Source: Chlorokybus atmophyticus (Eukaryota > Plantae > Mesostigma and Chlorokybus algae). Taken from it: a stretch of DNA of 64,000 bases. Shown in pieces: positions 40,015 through 51,710 of this stretch; the stretch's first letter is position 1; every line of letters begins with the position of its first letter. Where the stretch lies: positions 1,069,854 to 1,133,853 of the forward strand of contig RHPI01002069.1 in NCBI GenBank assembly GCA_009103225.1, written 5' to 3'. Under the pieces are notes generated by a model. The model saw nothing but the letters and a program-made list of their open reading frames with translations. It searched no databases and was not told where the DNA came from. The position numbers were made by a program, and so were the translations under genes.

Positions 40015-40154
40015 GCATGTTGTTGGTCTTGCAATGCTATACCCTATCTGTGTGAGAGGCTCTTGCAAGCATTGCATGCAGCGACGTGCATGCCATGCGA
40101 GGTAAGTGTAGCCTCACACAGATAGGGTATAGCATTGCAAGACCTACAACATGC
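40015..40154. repeat. Long inverted repeat (42-bp arms, 1 mismatch), miRNA-precursor-like or small foldback element
   Basis: GCATGTTGTTGGTCTTGCAATGCTATACCCTATCTGTGTGAG (40015-40056) pairs with CTCACACAGATAGGGTATAGCATTGCAAGACCTACAACATGC (40113-40154). Confidence 0.85.
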
Positions 40155-41597
40155 AAAGCACAAGAGCATAACAAGGCAAGCAGCTGTGTTCCGATGACAG
40201 CCAACATGCACACAACTCAACTATGGGCTGTGTGCGAATGATGTGACTGTGACAAAAAAAAGATAATGACTTCGAGCGGAGCAGGCGCTCAAGCAATCAA
40301 CAGATGGACAGAGTCAATGTGCCTTGCAATTTTTGAGTTGCAATATTTTTGGCAAGGATCATGCCATAAATTGGGGGTTAATTGACTTTAACAATAGTCA
40401 ATTGTTAAAGGTACCAACACATGTACGCTTGACAATGCGAACATACACGTTGATGCAATAACGGCACGAGGGTAGGCCCAACCCCGTTGAGCTATGAAGT
40501 GGTGGCCTTGCCCTATTTGCTTTGATGCTATGCAATGCAAGAGGGCTACAGAAACAAAAGACAAAGCCTGGAAGCAATTTACCTTGGTAAAGACTCAACA
40601 ATCCATACTGTAGTATATTATGTGATATGAGCATTAGCGGTTTCCTTGTGTATGCGCCACATGCTATGCATTTTTTTTTGGCATGATGGCTTGTTGTGTT
40701 CGCTATGGTGTACCATATCATGTTGTAGCACGTCATTACACATCGACGAATGTAGTTTATACTACTAGCCAATGGTCACAATGAACATTGAAAAATGTGA
40801 AAGGAGCCAGTTGTATATTTAGCAACGTAAAGTTTAGCCTACAGCCATTTCAATACAATCCCACATCACCTGGGCGGTTACATAAACAATTACCTGCGCA
40901 CGCTGCGAGTTAACCGATTGTGACAATTCAGGAGCAACATGTAGCCGTAGTAAGATCAAGTTCATGCATATGCAGCTGCCATTGTCTTTGCATGTGCATG
41001 TGTGTGCTTGCTTGACATGCGTTATTTCGGCTTGTAAGGTTGCGGAATGTGTGATTGTATGCTTCATGCACGCATGTCTAAGCGCGCAATCTTAATCCTT
41101 AAGTGACCAATTATTGTAAGCCAGAAACACACGTTTTACACATCTCATCCTTTATTAGCATTGATAAAACACGTTTTACACATTGCACGGTGCATACATT
41201 ATGAACACAATTAGGTACGCCTGCAAGCACGCAATGGCTGATTCACGCTGGATGCCTCACAATCAGAAGTCTCTTGCGTGCTTGCAAGTTGCTACACTTT
41301 TACTGCTTCCAGATATAATGTCAGTTCACAGTTGCTGCCGAGAGTCTTTCTTAACGCTCTCACACAAACAATGTGCAGTGGCATGTACAAACAATGATGA
41401 GTGGAATTGCCCATGCATATATGCTTGAGTATGGTATAAGGCACGGTACGCAAGAATGTCAATCCCACCCGCCCATCCACAGAACTCTCCATAATCATTA
41501 ACACACAAGCGGTCGCTATCAGTGCTGCTATCATATCTAGTTGCCCTGCTACTCTGTACACAACCAACACACAACCCAACATGCACACCCCGTCATG

Positions 41598-42200
41598 CTA
41601 AGCCAGCGCGGCGCCTGCCTCGGTAGTTGGAGGGCCTCGCGCCATGGGACCCCATCCCGGCACCGCGGCCACCGCCGCAGCTCCTAGCTCTAAGATTGCT
41701 ATCACCTGCGCACGCTGCAATGCGCATGCCACTAGCTGACGGCAAATGCGGATGAAGCCCTCTAGACGCCGTGGCTCCACCCCGCGCACTGCGGCGATGT
41801 GGCGCGTACACAAACGCACATGCTGGAAGTCCCCTCTCAGCGACCCCTGCGTCTCCATCGCGAGCGGGTAGAAGGTGTCTCTTGACAGGTGGTCTCCATA
41901 CTTGCAACGCTTGGCCGCTTCCGCCCGCGGCACGGCCGCACCGGCTCAATCCTTACACGTCGTGACCGCGACGTCCCTTAGCAACTTCCTGTGGCGGCCC
42001 GACTCGGATGCCACCAGGTCCAACCATCCATGCCCTGCACCTCTTCCGCGCGGATGGGCATGATCCCTGGATGCTCGCGGCTGACTACAAAACGCGCCTC
42101 CGTCAGCAAGTAAAACATCTCTTCACGCACCGCGTTGTGCATGGCGGTACGCCCTCGGCCCACGCATAACTGTATCACACACGGCAAGCGACACATCATC
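41598..42200 (-). mobile_element. Second decayed CRE-like RLE LINE tail
   Basis: RTAMHNAVREE...SREHPGIMPIR, DLVASES...LRDVAVT, EAAKRCKY, TFYPLAMETQGSL, ACALQRAQ..ILELGAAAVAAVPGW. Clearly homologous to the 19.0-19.8 kb fragment. Confidence 0.8.
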
Positions 42201-42746
42201 ATATACTTGACCACCGGGCTCAATCACTACATCTAACTCAGTATTCACTGCCTACAACCGATTAATCATGCAAGCATGTATATAAAGCAGCGTCACCTGC
42301 ACAGCACCTGTGGGTAGTGCCAATCCGCAGCAGTAGTAGTGACAGTAGCAGCAGCGGCAATCGACCATGACTCCCTGTCCCTCGCCGCCGCCGCTTATTG
42401 TGCAATTGCCTGCAACGCACTGCCAATTCTACGATCGCCGTTGCACGGCTTTGCTGTGTGTTAGGGTTAGGTATACGGCATGCACACAACACGCCACTCA
42501 TCACACTCCCTCCGCAGCCGAGGTTATCCCTATGGCCGTGTGTGTTGCACCTTGTACATAGCACTCACGCTGGGTGCAGATATTGAAATCGCAACACTTC
42601 ACCTCCAGGCTGGAGGCGAGATCATTGTCAGCATGTTGATACCAACGAACATGTTGTGATTACAAGACGCCCGGCTGTGCATCTAGGTTCCATAAATGCG
42701 GTATTAGAGTATGGCAAGCCCAGTCAACTACAAGAATCATTCAGCA

Positions 42747-45700
42747 TCATGAAGTCATCTCATCATCCTCCTCATCATCCGGTGGTGCCATGACGATGGC
42801 TGGCATAGGCCCTTCAGAGTCCTCATCAGACTCATTAAATTTGGCAGCTGCAGGTCGCATCGGTTGAAGCAGGCTTTCGCAATGGGAGGGCTGCTGCGTT
42901 GACAGAAGTGCAGGCTCTGGGAGTGCTCGGGCAGTAGCAGCAGTTGTTCTACTATTCACTTGAGGCGGCTGAGCTTCAGCAGCTTGCCTAAGTACACGAT
43001 CGGCTGCGGCGTTTTCAGCGCCTGGTGCTTGTGCGTGCTTTGCAGGAACAGTGGCATCTTGCTGGTTGCGTGAAGTCTCCGCAGCTGCACCGCGCAGCTG
43101 CAGCTGCTGGGCGGGTGAAGAAGGCCTGGACTCTTCATGTGGATACACAGCCAGAGTGTTGTTTGCCTGATGCTCACTGCCACGGCTTGGGCTTGACAGA
43201 GCTTCTTGCACCCTCTCTGCATGTGGCTGCAAAGACAGCTCCACATCCTTCCATGGATCACTACGACCATGCGCTGATGCAGCACTGTCGGCGTGCAATG
43301 GTGCCAGTGCGGGTGAGTGTGGATGCAGCAGGGCTTCGCAAGCCAGCAGCGCATTGGTGCAAACCTCTTGCATGCCTGGCACGCCACTGTTTCTGCCTGC
43401 ATGGCATATAAATCACGATGCATCAGGACAACTGCGCACGACAGCTGGTGCTGTGTGCTGGCAATTGCCGATACAAGCTGCAAGCTGGGAGGATGCCATA
43501 GCTGGCAGTGTGCAAACCTTGGCGAAAAAGTTTGAGTGCCTGAGGCAGATGCTGAGCGCGATGCGGGCGTGGTGACAGTATGGATGCCAATAGAGCTTTG
43601 TGTGCAGCAATGCAGTAAGCCACCTGCCAAAAGTATACAAGCATTGGCCTCAACTTGCTTGTCTAGCATTGCTCTATCAGAGCAATGCTAGACATTTGTG
43701 TGCTGGTAGTGTAAACGCTTTGCAAAATGACGCCCATGACCAAAGTCTGAGATGAGGTCATTAAACATTTATCTGTGTATACAACAGACTGCTGCAACTT
43801 GTACCTGCAACTTGTACTGCTGCAACTTGTACCTGCAGACTAGTGCGCTGTGCGTGCCTTGTGCCGGTAGAACTGTTGACATCCCTGCTTGCAAGGCGTG
43901 TAGACTCATATACTGCCTTGTCAATGTCAGTTCGGGCGCACTGTGGAATGAATGTGCCACCCTGCAGGTGCAAACCAACAATTTTCTCATGCTAGCATGT
44001 TGGGCAGCGGGACTTTACAAGTAATGAGGAGAAGGTGTGGGTTGGGCACCTGGACAAGCTCATTTTCTTACCGCTGCCAACATAGCTGCGAGTGCATTGA
44101 GCACACTTGTACGCAACTGCAGCGCAGCCAACGCAGAGCCGCCAGAATCAGTGGTGGGTGTCACAACACCGAGTACGCCATCCTGGGCAAAGTCTGCCAG
44201 CTCTTCAGCATTGACAATCGCAGCCTTCTGATCGTACTGCGGGTTGCCGCTCTTGCCCTTCTTCCTTTTCTTGCCGGTTTGCTGAATGATAGGAGGGATA
44301 ACAGACTGTTTCATGTCGCTGAGCGTGTTCAGGTCCTCTATGGCATATGGAGCTAGTGAAGGTGACATTAGCGTGCTGAAACCTAAACACAAGCAGCCAA
44401 AATGTGTCACACTTCAGTGCAAATTACAACATGCTGCATGCGTCAATACCAGAGTACATAACAGACACAGTGCCAATGCAGCCTCACCTGCACCCAGCAT
44501 GTAAAAGCAGTTTGTGCACACGTCATACAACTGCGAGCGCACGGACATGCAGCTGATAGACTTGCGTGTCTGTGGTGAAGAACCCAAGCGCAGACTGTAT
44601 TCCAAGACGCGTGCCAACTGCGCAGCATGAACGACCATCTGCCTGCGAGAACTTTTGCTTAACCATTGCTTGACAACACAGCTGTAGTAACAAAAAGCAT
44701 ATGCTGCAAAAGTCATCTGGGCAAGGTAACAAACAATCAGCATGCTGCCCAACAACATGTGATTGCACCTGCGTGAGGCCAGTAACAGCGCTTGCAACAG
44801 TTGCAGGCTAAGTTGCTGCAGCTTTGGAAGCAAACCAACAGCCACCAGACGCTGAGTTGATGTAGGAGCAATCCGAGCTGTTGAGGGACGTTGGCCATCA
44901 ATGGCCAGGGCTCGTGCAGCCAATGCAAGAGTTGGCCCAACAGCAACAGGTACAGCGTTTGGATATGGAGAGGTCAACAGCTGTCGGAGACTAGATGCAA
45001 AGGCTGTAAATTGCAAAAGGAAATGCTGCTCAAAGTCCGCGGACAACACCTGCACAAGTTGATCCTTCGACAGTATAACTTGCAGCAAACCTGAACATAC
45101 TTGAGTTACGTGCCATAGCATTGCCCAAGGCAGTGCTGCGACAGAATAACACCGCTATGCATAGTGATGACAACATGGAGTCACCTGTGGCGGCTCAATC
45201 CACGGCTCTGCAGGTTCAACACCAGCTGGATTGAGTGTAGACGCTGCATACGCGGACTGCACAGGATCCTCCAAGCCAGCAAACGCCACATCTAAAAGGG
45301 CGTTGCACGTTACAAGAGTTTTACGCGAACAGGCGCTCCAGGCTCCGCTGTCGCCGCTGATTTGCGGCAGGCGCGCAAGAAGCTCGCCACACAGTGCTGC
45401 CATCGGACGGCTGTGTGTGCCTGCTAGCTCTTGCACCAGCAGTGACTCCAGTGCAGACACATGCCACTTCCATGCACCCGGTTGCGCGTCAATCGCAGCT
45501 TGCAGCAACAACAAGGCATCATGCGTCACCTGTGAATGGTAACAACGTTAGCAGTCTGCACAATATGACACAGTTTCTTCAGCTGTAGGACGTATCTGCT
45601 GTCCTGAACTTACGCCTCCTGCCTTGTTGTCCTCCCTCAGCAGCTGAAGCAGTGCAGGGACAAGCTTGCCGACTGCGGCATTGCCCTCGCGCCGGATGCC

Positions 45701-46963
45701 TGGCATGTCCTGAAGGCTTGCTAGGCGTTGCAGCAGCTGGACTGCAGCTTTGCAAGCAGCTTGGCGCACAAACGCTGGCTCGGTCGGCTTCAGAAGTGGG
45801 AGGAGGTTGTTGAGCCATGTAGCGAACGATGTAGCAAACGATCGCCAGCTTGATTGATAGCATGCGACCCCTGGCAGGCAGGTGCCTTTTAAATATAATG
45901 TCCGGGCACGGACAACAATGTTAATGTTCTCAAGGTCACGACAATGACGTCCTTGTCGATTATGTAACGACTGACGTGCTGGTGCAACCAATGCTGTGTA
46001 ACAACAGTCATCGCGGGTCGTGCGTACGGTGCCCACTGGCGTAGGCAGTTACGACTCAAGACACAACGGCGACCTACAACAAAAACAATGCATCAAACAG
46101 AACTGCATACTCCTGACCACCATCATGCTGACTTTGTACGCGCGGCATGCGTACTTGGACTACTTATTGGCATTGCCTTCAGTCATATGTCAGACAGCTG
46201 ACGAGGTAATGTAGAAGCATCATCAAGCTCAAAGGGACTTGCCAGCAATAGCGCGTCTAACTAAGCCCAAGTCAGACGCGCTATTGCTCAGCCACCAATG
46301 ATCAACATTGATCAACACTTGACCATGCAAAGCAGATAGTCCTTGTCGGCTATGTAGGGATTCTGACATAGCTTTTCAGCCTAGCCACCTTAATAAGCCA
46401 TGCAAGGTCATCAGGTTTCCACATGCATGCTGCATCATTTTGGGTCATGCCGGACATATGAGTGCGTCCGGCATGACCCAACTTGATGCACTCCTGCATG
46501 CATGTGTCAAATTTGGGTCATGCCGGACGCATGGGTGCGTCCGGCATGACCCAATATCATAATCCAACAGGTTGGGTTCCCACATGCAGAAGTCCGGACT
46601 CACCCATGCGTCCGGAGACATGGATGAGTCCGGACTTCTGCACGCAGTTGCAGATGGGTGCGCCCGCAAACAAGCATACTTGCCTGTGACCGCCGCCAGC
46701 GCCCAGTGGTTTTCGGCAGACTCGCCTGCGGAGAACCTCTTGAGCACAACCTCCCAAGCATCAACGGCGCTTTGACCGCTGACTGCTTGATCGTGCAGCA
46801 AGTGGTGGTCGTGCACAGCAGAAGCCAATGCGGCGACAGCACCAGGGGAGATCTGTGCCTGCTTGCCATCACTTGGCAGGCGAGCAGCTACCAGCTCACG
46901 GAGCAGCTGGGGCCTAATAGCATCGTCAAAGACACTCAACGTCTGACGATCCGTCCCGCTCAT
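42747..46963 (-). CDS. RIX1: Pre-rRNA processing protein RIX1/PELP1-like, multi-exon, acidic tail
   Basis: FDDAIRPQLLRELVAARLP, SAVDAW, WLNNLLPLLKPTEPAFVRQAAC, RREGNAAVGKLVPALLQLL, LLARLPQISGDSGAWS, GKKRKK NLS and a C-terminal DDEEDDE match the remembered plant PELP1/RIX1 pattern. Confidence 0.75.
46440..46642. repeat. Three adjacent perfect hairpins in RIX1 intron 1
   Basis: Stems of 16 bp (46440-46481), 19 bp (46513-46554) and 18 bp (46585-46642), all sharing a GTCCGG core. Confidence 0.85.
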
Positions 46964-47269
46964 ACCCTCTACGTACACCTATCTAAGCAGCGACACCGCC
47001 CCTGCCGCCGCCGCCGCTGGACCATTAAGCGCATCGCAAAACGCTTGGAGAGATTTGGAACCGGATTGGGACAGTCGACATGCAGCCGGATTCATGGAAC
47101 GGGAAGAGCCGACGCATTAGGGTTTTTGAAGCTAACCCGCTAGCCAAGTGGACGGCATCGGCGGTGGTGTGGGGTGGCGTTGGCGGCAATCAGGTCGGCC
47201 GCATGACGAGGCTGACAATGTGAGGGAAGCAGGCGTCCTGGTTGACTGTCTTTTCTCGCTTCTCGTCCC

Positions 47270-48604
47270 ATGGCACTCAGACGGCGTCTGCTGGCTGTGG
47301 CTGCGCAGGCAGCCACATCCAGCTTTGGCTCCGTCGCCGCTGTCGCCGCCCCCGCCGCTGCTCCCCTCTCCCGCGTTGCTGCGTTACAAGCCCAAGCAGC
47401 TGCAGCTGTTGCTCCAGCCCTGAATGTTAGGAGGCCCTATGCTACTACGGCTGCGGCGCAGGATCCACTGCCCCCGCAGCACCGGAATGTTATGATTTTG
47501 GAGAACCGTGTTCCTTTGGTTGCACCCGACGCATGGGTGAGTGGTGGTTGTAAAACACTTCAGCAATCAGTAGTTTGTCGATCAGCAGTGAGATGGAACT
47601 TCGTTGCATGTGCATGTACTGTAGTTGTGTCATGCGAGTTGGAGCTCAATAGTAACAATCTGCAACGTATGTTTGAACTGCTCTCATTTCAATGACTTTA
47701 TGGTCTGATATCTATGCATTTGCGCAGATTGCGCCAAACGCTACAGTTGTTGGCGATGTGGACGTGTACGACCGCTCCACCATCTGGTATGGAGCTGTGC
47801 TGAGGGGTGACTTGAACCACATTCATGTGGGCGGCTTTTCATCCATTCTCGAGCGCGTCATGGTGCATGCGGCGGAGTCCAACCCCACCGGCTTGTCTGC
47901 CGCAACCTCAATTGGCAACTATGTGACCATCGGTGCACGATCAGTCCTGCGCTCAGTAGACATTGGCAATGAGGTAGGCAGTGTGTTTGATGCTGTGTTC
48001 ACTCCGTTTGCCAGAAGTAGCACCCTTTGGTTGATTGTTAAGGGGTATCCTGTTAACCAGCAACAAATCACATGCATTTTTGGATGCAAGTTGTGCATGT
48101 CAGCTCAACCTTCAAATCCACGCAAATCGCTTGCAGTCATCACATCGCGTGCCCTCGTCACACCTTTGCACCTACATGTGTCGTTGTTGTGTGCGGTGTT
48201 GAGACAGCATTTTCACTTGGTCTGCAACAGGTCATTGTTGGCGCTGGCTCTATCGTCATGGAAGGTGTGATCATTGAATCACAAAGCGTGTTGGCGGCTG
48301 GCACAGTTGTTCCTCCAGGCCGCTTGATCCCGAGTGGCCAGCTTTGGGCTGGCAATCCTGCGAGGTATTGAAAAGCACGTTTATCTGGTGTGTTACAGTT
48401 GCAACTTCACATCTAGAAGTTTAATGCTAGATGCTTCTTGCCAGGTATGTCCGTGACCTGACCTATGACGAGAAGGCCGAGATTATCGACATAGCTGAGT
48501 CGCTTTCGCGAGTAGCAGTCCAGCACTGGTCAGAGTTTCTGCCGTACAGCTTCGCATACATACAGGCAGAAGCGTTGCGAAAAGCGCTTGCCCCGATGGC
48601 TTGA
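47270..48604 (+). CDS. Mitochondrial complex I gamma carbonic anhydrase-like subunit (gamma-CAL)
   Basis: Presequence, then IAPNATVVGDV..IWYGAVLRGDLNHIHVG..VHAAESNPTGLSAATSIGNYVTIG, VVPPGRLIPSGQLWAGNPARYVRDLT, SEFLPYSFAY. The PTGL insertion and SEFLPY are CAL-type features. Confidence 0.9.
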
Positions 48605-49639
48605 ACGGTTTAGCACAATACGAAGTGCACTTGGTTCCATGCGACACCAACAAGCCCTGCATACCCTCCGCGATGTTGCAGATGGTGCACAAACTTCTAA
48701 CCCATCAGATTATGGGTCGTCTGCGATTGTATTGGTTGCCATTGGGGCTAGTGTCTGATATTGGTATCCTAGGTATTGCTGCATTTAATTGCAAATATAT
48801 TGTTTCAAGTTGCAGCATGTTTAACAATGCAGTGATATCACAATACACTAGCCCAAGGTTCTGTGATAATGCAGATGCTGTGGAAACCGGTAGCATTGTG
48901 CTATATCCGAGCTGGTACCTAATGTTGGTATGCGACACATCGCTTGCATGTATGAAAGCAATATGGGGTTGACATGCATTTGCAGTTTCCGTATCACCAT
49001 GGGGACACAATCAATCCCTTATGTCACACAAGCATGACAAGGGGGCGGTAGTGATAGGGGTAGCGGCAGTGGGTAGATAGCATGCAGGCGCATGCCTTAG
49101 CCCGGTGGTTAAATTGGTCTGTAATTGTTGTGGTTTTCGCATTGCATGTTTATGTAGATCTGCATGTACGGATTCCTCCTTGCATCTTTTATACACCCTC
49201 CTTCAACATTGCTCCTTCAACACTCGGTAAAGTAGCTATATGGCAAGTGGGTACTTGCGTATCATATCACGCCATATTTAAAGGGTATTTTAGCAAGGTT
49301 TGATGCATGGTTCATGGGGCGTTATGGCATGATTATCATGTTAACAACATGACAGACACATGATGTTTTATGCGAACGAGACATCGACAATCCTGCGCTC
49401 GTTCAAGTGCGTAATAATTTTTATTTTCAACCATTGAATATAGGTACTCATCCTCAACATATGAGTTACAATATAAGCAATGTAGTTATATTTATACCTA
49501 AATCTATACCTATATCTATATTCATATTTATATTATTTATATATATCGAAATTTATATATATACTTGCATTTACATTTATATATATATATATATAGCTTT
49601 ATATAGTTATATTTTGAATTATATATACTTGTATATATT

Positions 49640-49922
49640 NNNNNNNNNNNNNNNNNNNNNNNNNNNNNNNNNNNNNNNNNNNNNNNNNNNNNNNNNNNNN
49701 NNNNNNNNNNNNNNNNNNNNNNNNNNNNNNNNNNNNNNNNNNNNNNNNNNNNNNNNNNNNNNNNNNNNNNNNNNNNNNNNNNNNNNNNNNNNNNNNNNNN
49801 NNNNNNNNNNNNNNNNNNNNNNNNNNNNNNNNNNNNNNNNNNNNNNNNNNNNNNNNNNNNNNNNNNNNNNNNNNNNNNNNNNNNNNNNNNNNNNNNNNNN
49901 NNNNNNNNNNNNNNNNNNNNNN
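49640..49922. other. Assembly gap flanked by TA-rich low-complexity sequence
   Basis: Run of Ns with (TA)n on both sides. Confidence 0.99.
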
Positions 49923-50803
49923 TATATATATATATATATATACCTTTAACTTTGTACCCCATACATAAGATTGAGTAATCTCTCACCGAATGTGTACACC
50001 CTTAGATGGCGTATACGAACAAGAGTACAGCAAAGACAAATAAACATGCAATGATTGCGTTTATAACTGTTGCGTTTGTTGTTATCCACTATTGCATAAG
50101 TTCAATACAAAGAGCGGATGTGCAACAAAACGTTTTCATTCATATCTTACCTTGCGCCTCATATTTGCTCACATGCGTAAAGCATTGCTTATTATATGAG
50201 ATAAATACAACATAAGGTGTATAATCTACAATAAAGCATCTATTGTAGAAAAAGCAATAAAGCAAGGCTGTACAACCAATTCCTATTGTACAGCAGGGAC
50301 TAAGCAGAGACACAAGACAAGACAGGGGGCAGTACAATAGCATATAATCTACATTACGGACAGCACTAGCGCACACCATGCACACGCGCAATCGCCGCGT
50401 ATAATTAACCGCAGAGGGCGGGCAAACCACTCTCAACTGTAATGACCAAGCCATCTACTAGCGGCTCACACAATGCACATGTGCAATAACGCCGTAGGCT
50501 ATGCACCGTAATGCTGTAGCTATAATCAACCACAAAGGGCGCTCCACATCAATGAGAAAGACGTTTTTCGATGGCTCACTATGTGCAAATCATTGTTCCT
50601 ACGCACATAGCTGAGCGATATGCGTATGTGCAAATGCATGTAAACCAATGCCTAAAGCATACGAGCGCATAAGCGCATTGCTCTATGCTTATGTCATGCA
50701 TATGCCATATCATGCAAATTATAATGTTAAGTTTTATCAATAGATATAAAAACCAACCCACATAATTAGCCTTCATATCGGTGTTATTTTTTGACAAGTA
50801 AGT

Positions 50804-51365
50804 GACCCTCACTCAAGGTCATTTACTTAATGTGTGCAACGTATGAACAATGAACTACGCAATTGACATGTTGTGTGTTACTCACGGATAGATGAAAAGC
50901 GGAGCAATGATTCTCGAAAAAAAGAACATATAACCGAAAGCAATGCATACATGAGACACGAATACCGTCGTGCCACGAAGTCTTCGTGAAATTACAACTG
51001 CGCGCGGGAACATTACAAATTGATTACTATCGGGCGCAAACTTATGACATCCAGTACATACCACAGATGGGCCGTGTGTGGTATGTACTGGATTGCATAG
51101 GTTGGCGGAGTCCTTACACGAAAAAGAAACTAAACATCTGGAGGCCTCTTGTACGAAGAGTTTCGCGGCACTACGGTATACCGGTACAGCTTATGCTTAT
51201 GGTCAGCCAGATCTCTGTATCAGTTCCTGTTCCCGGAAGCTGCTCATCCTGTAAACGGAGTCCAGGTTTAGGACCGTGACCTTCCACGTCAGATTTAGAA
51301 GGAAGGGTGAGGCTGCCACCTCAGCGGGTCCACACCCGCATGCCACAGATCTTGTGCAGGGCGAT
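50804..51365. repeat. 562-bp sequence, copy 1 (apparently identical to 57221-57782)
   Basis: Offset 6417 bp. The ORF track gives identical peptides for both copies. Confidence 0.9.
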
Positions 51366-51710
51366 GGGGCGCGCGTTGCGGCTCCCCTGCTGGACGCGCG
51401 GGCGGGCAGCAGAGGATCCAGCTTGATTGTCCATCGCAATCCCGCCCCTCTTCCTTTAGGGGACCTGGATCTGAGATCGCGCACTGCGCCACGCTATGCA
51501 TCGGCCGCACCCGGGCATCCGTTCTGCGCGCAACCAACTTTCGCGAAGGATGTGTCATAGTTCAAGGCATGTGCATCCTATCCGTCTGGAGCATTGCATA
51601 TAGCGGTAGTGTAGCTGTTGGAGAGAAAGCTGTGTGCCGTGTTTGCTTCAGTTGGAACACGGCGTGGAGGTGGTGGTTTTTCATTTGTGTGGGGTGAAGG
51701 TGTCGTAACC

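Noticed and set aside
49407-49986. Long ORFs spanning the N run
   Set aside because: Artefacts of the gap and TA repeats.
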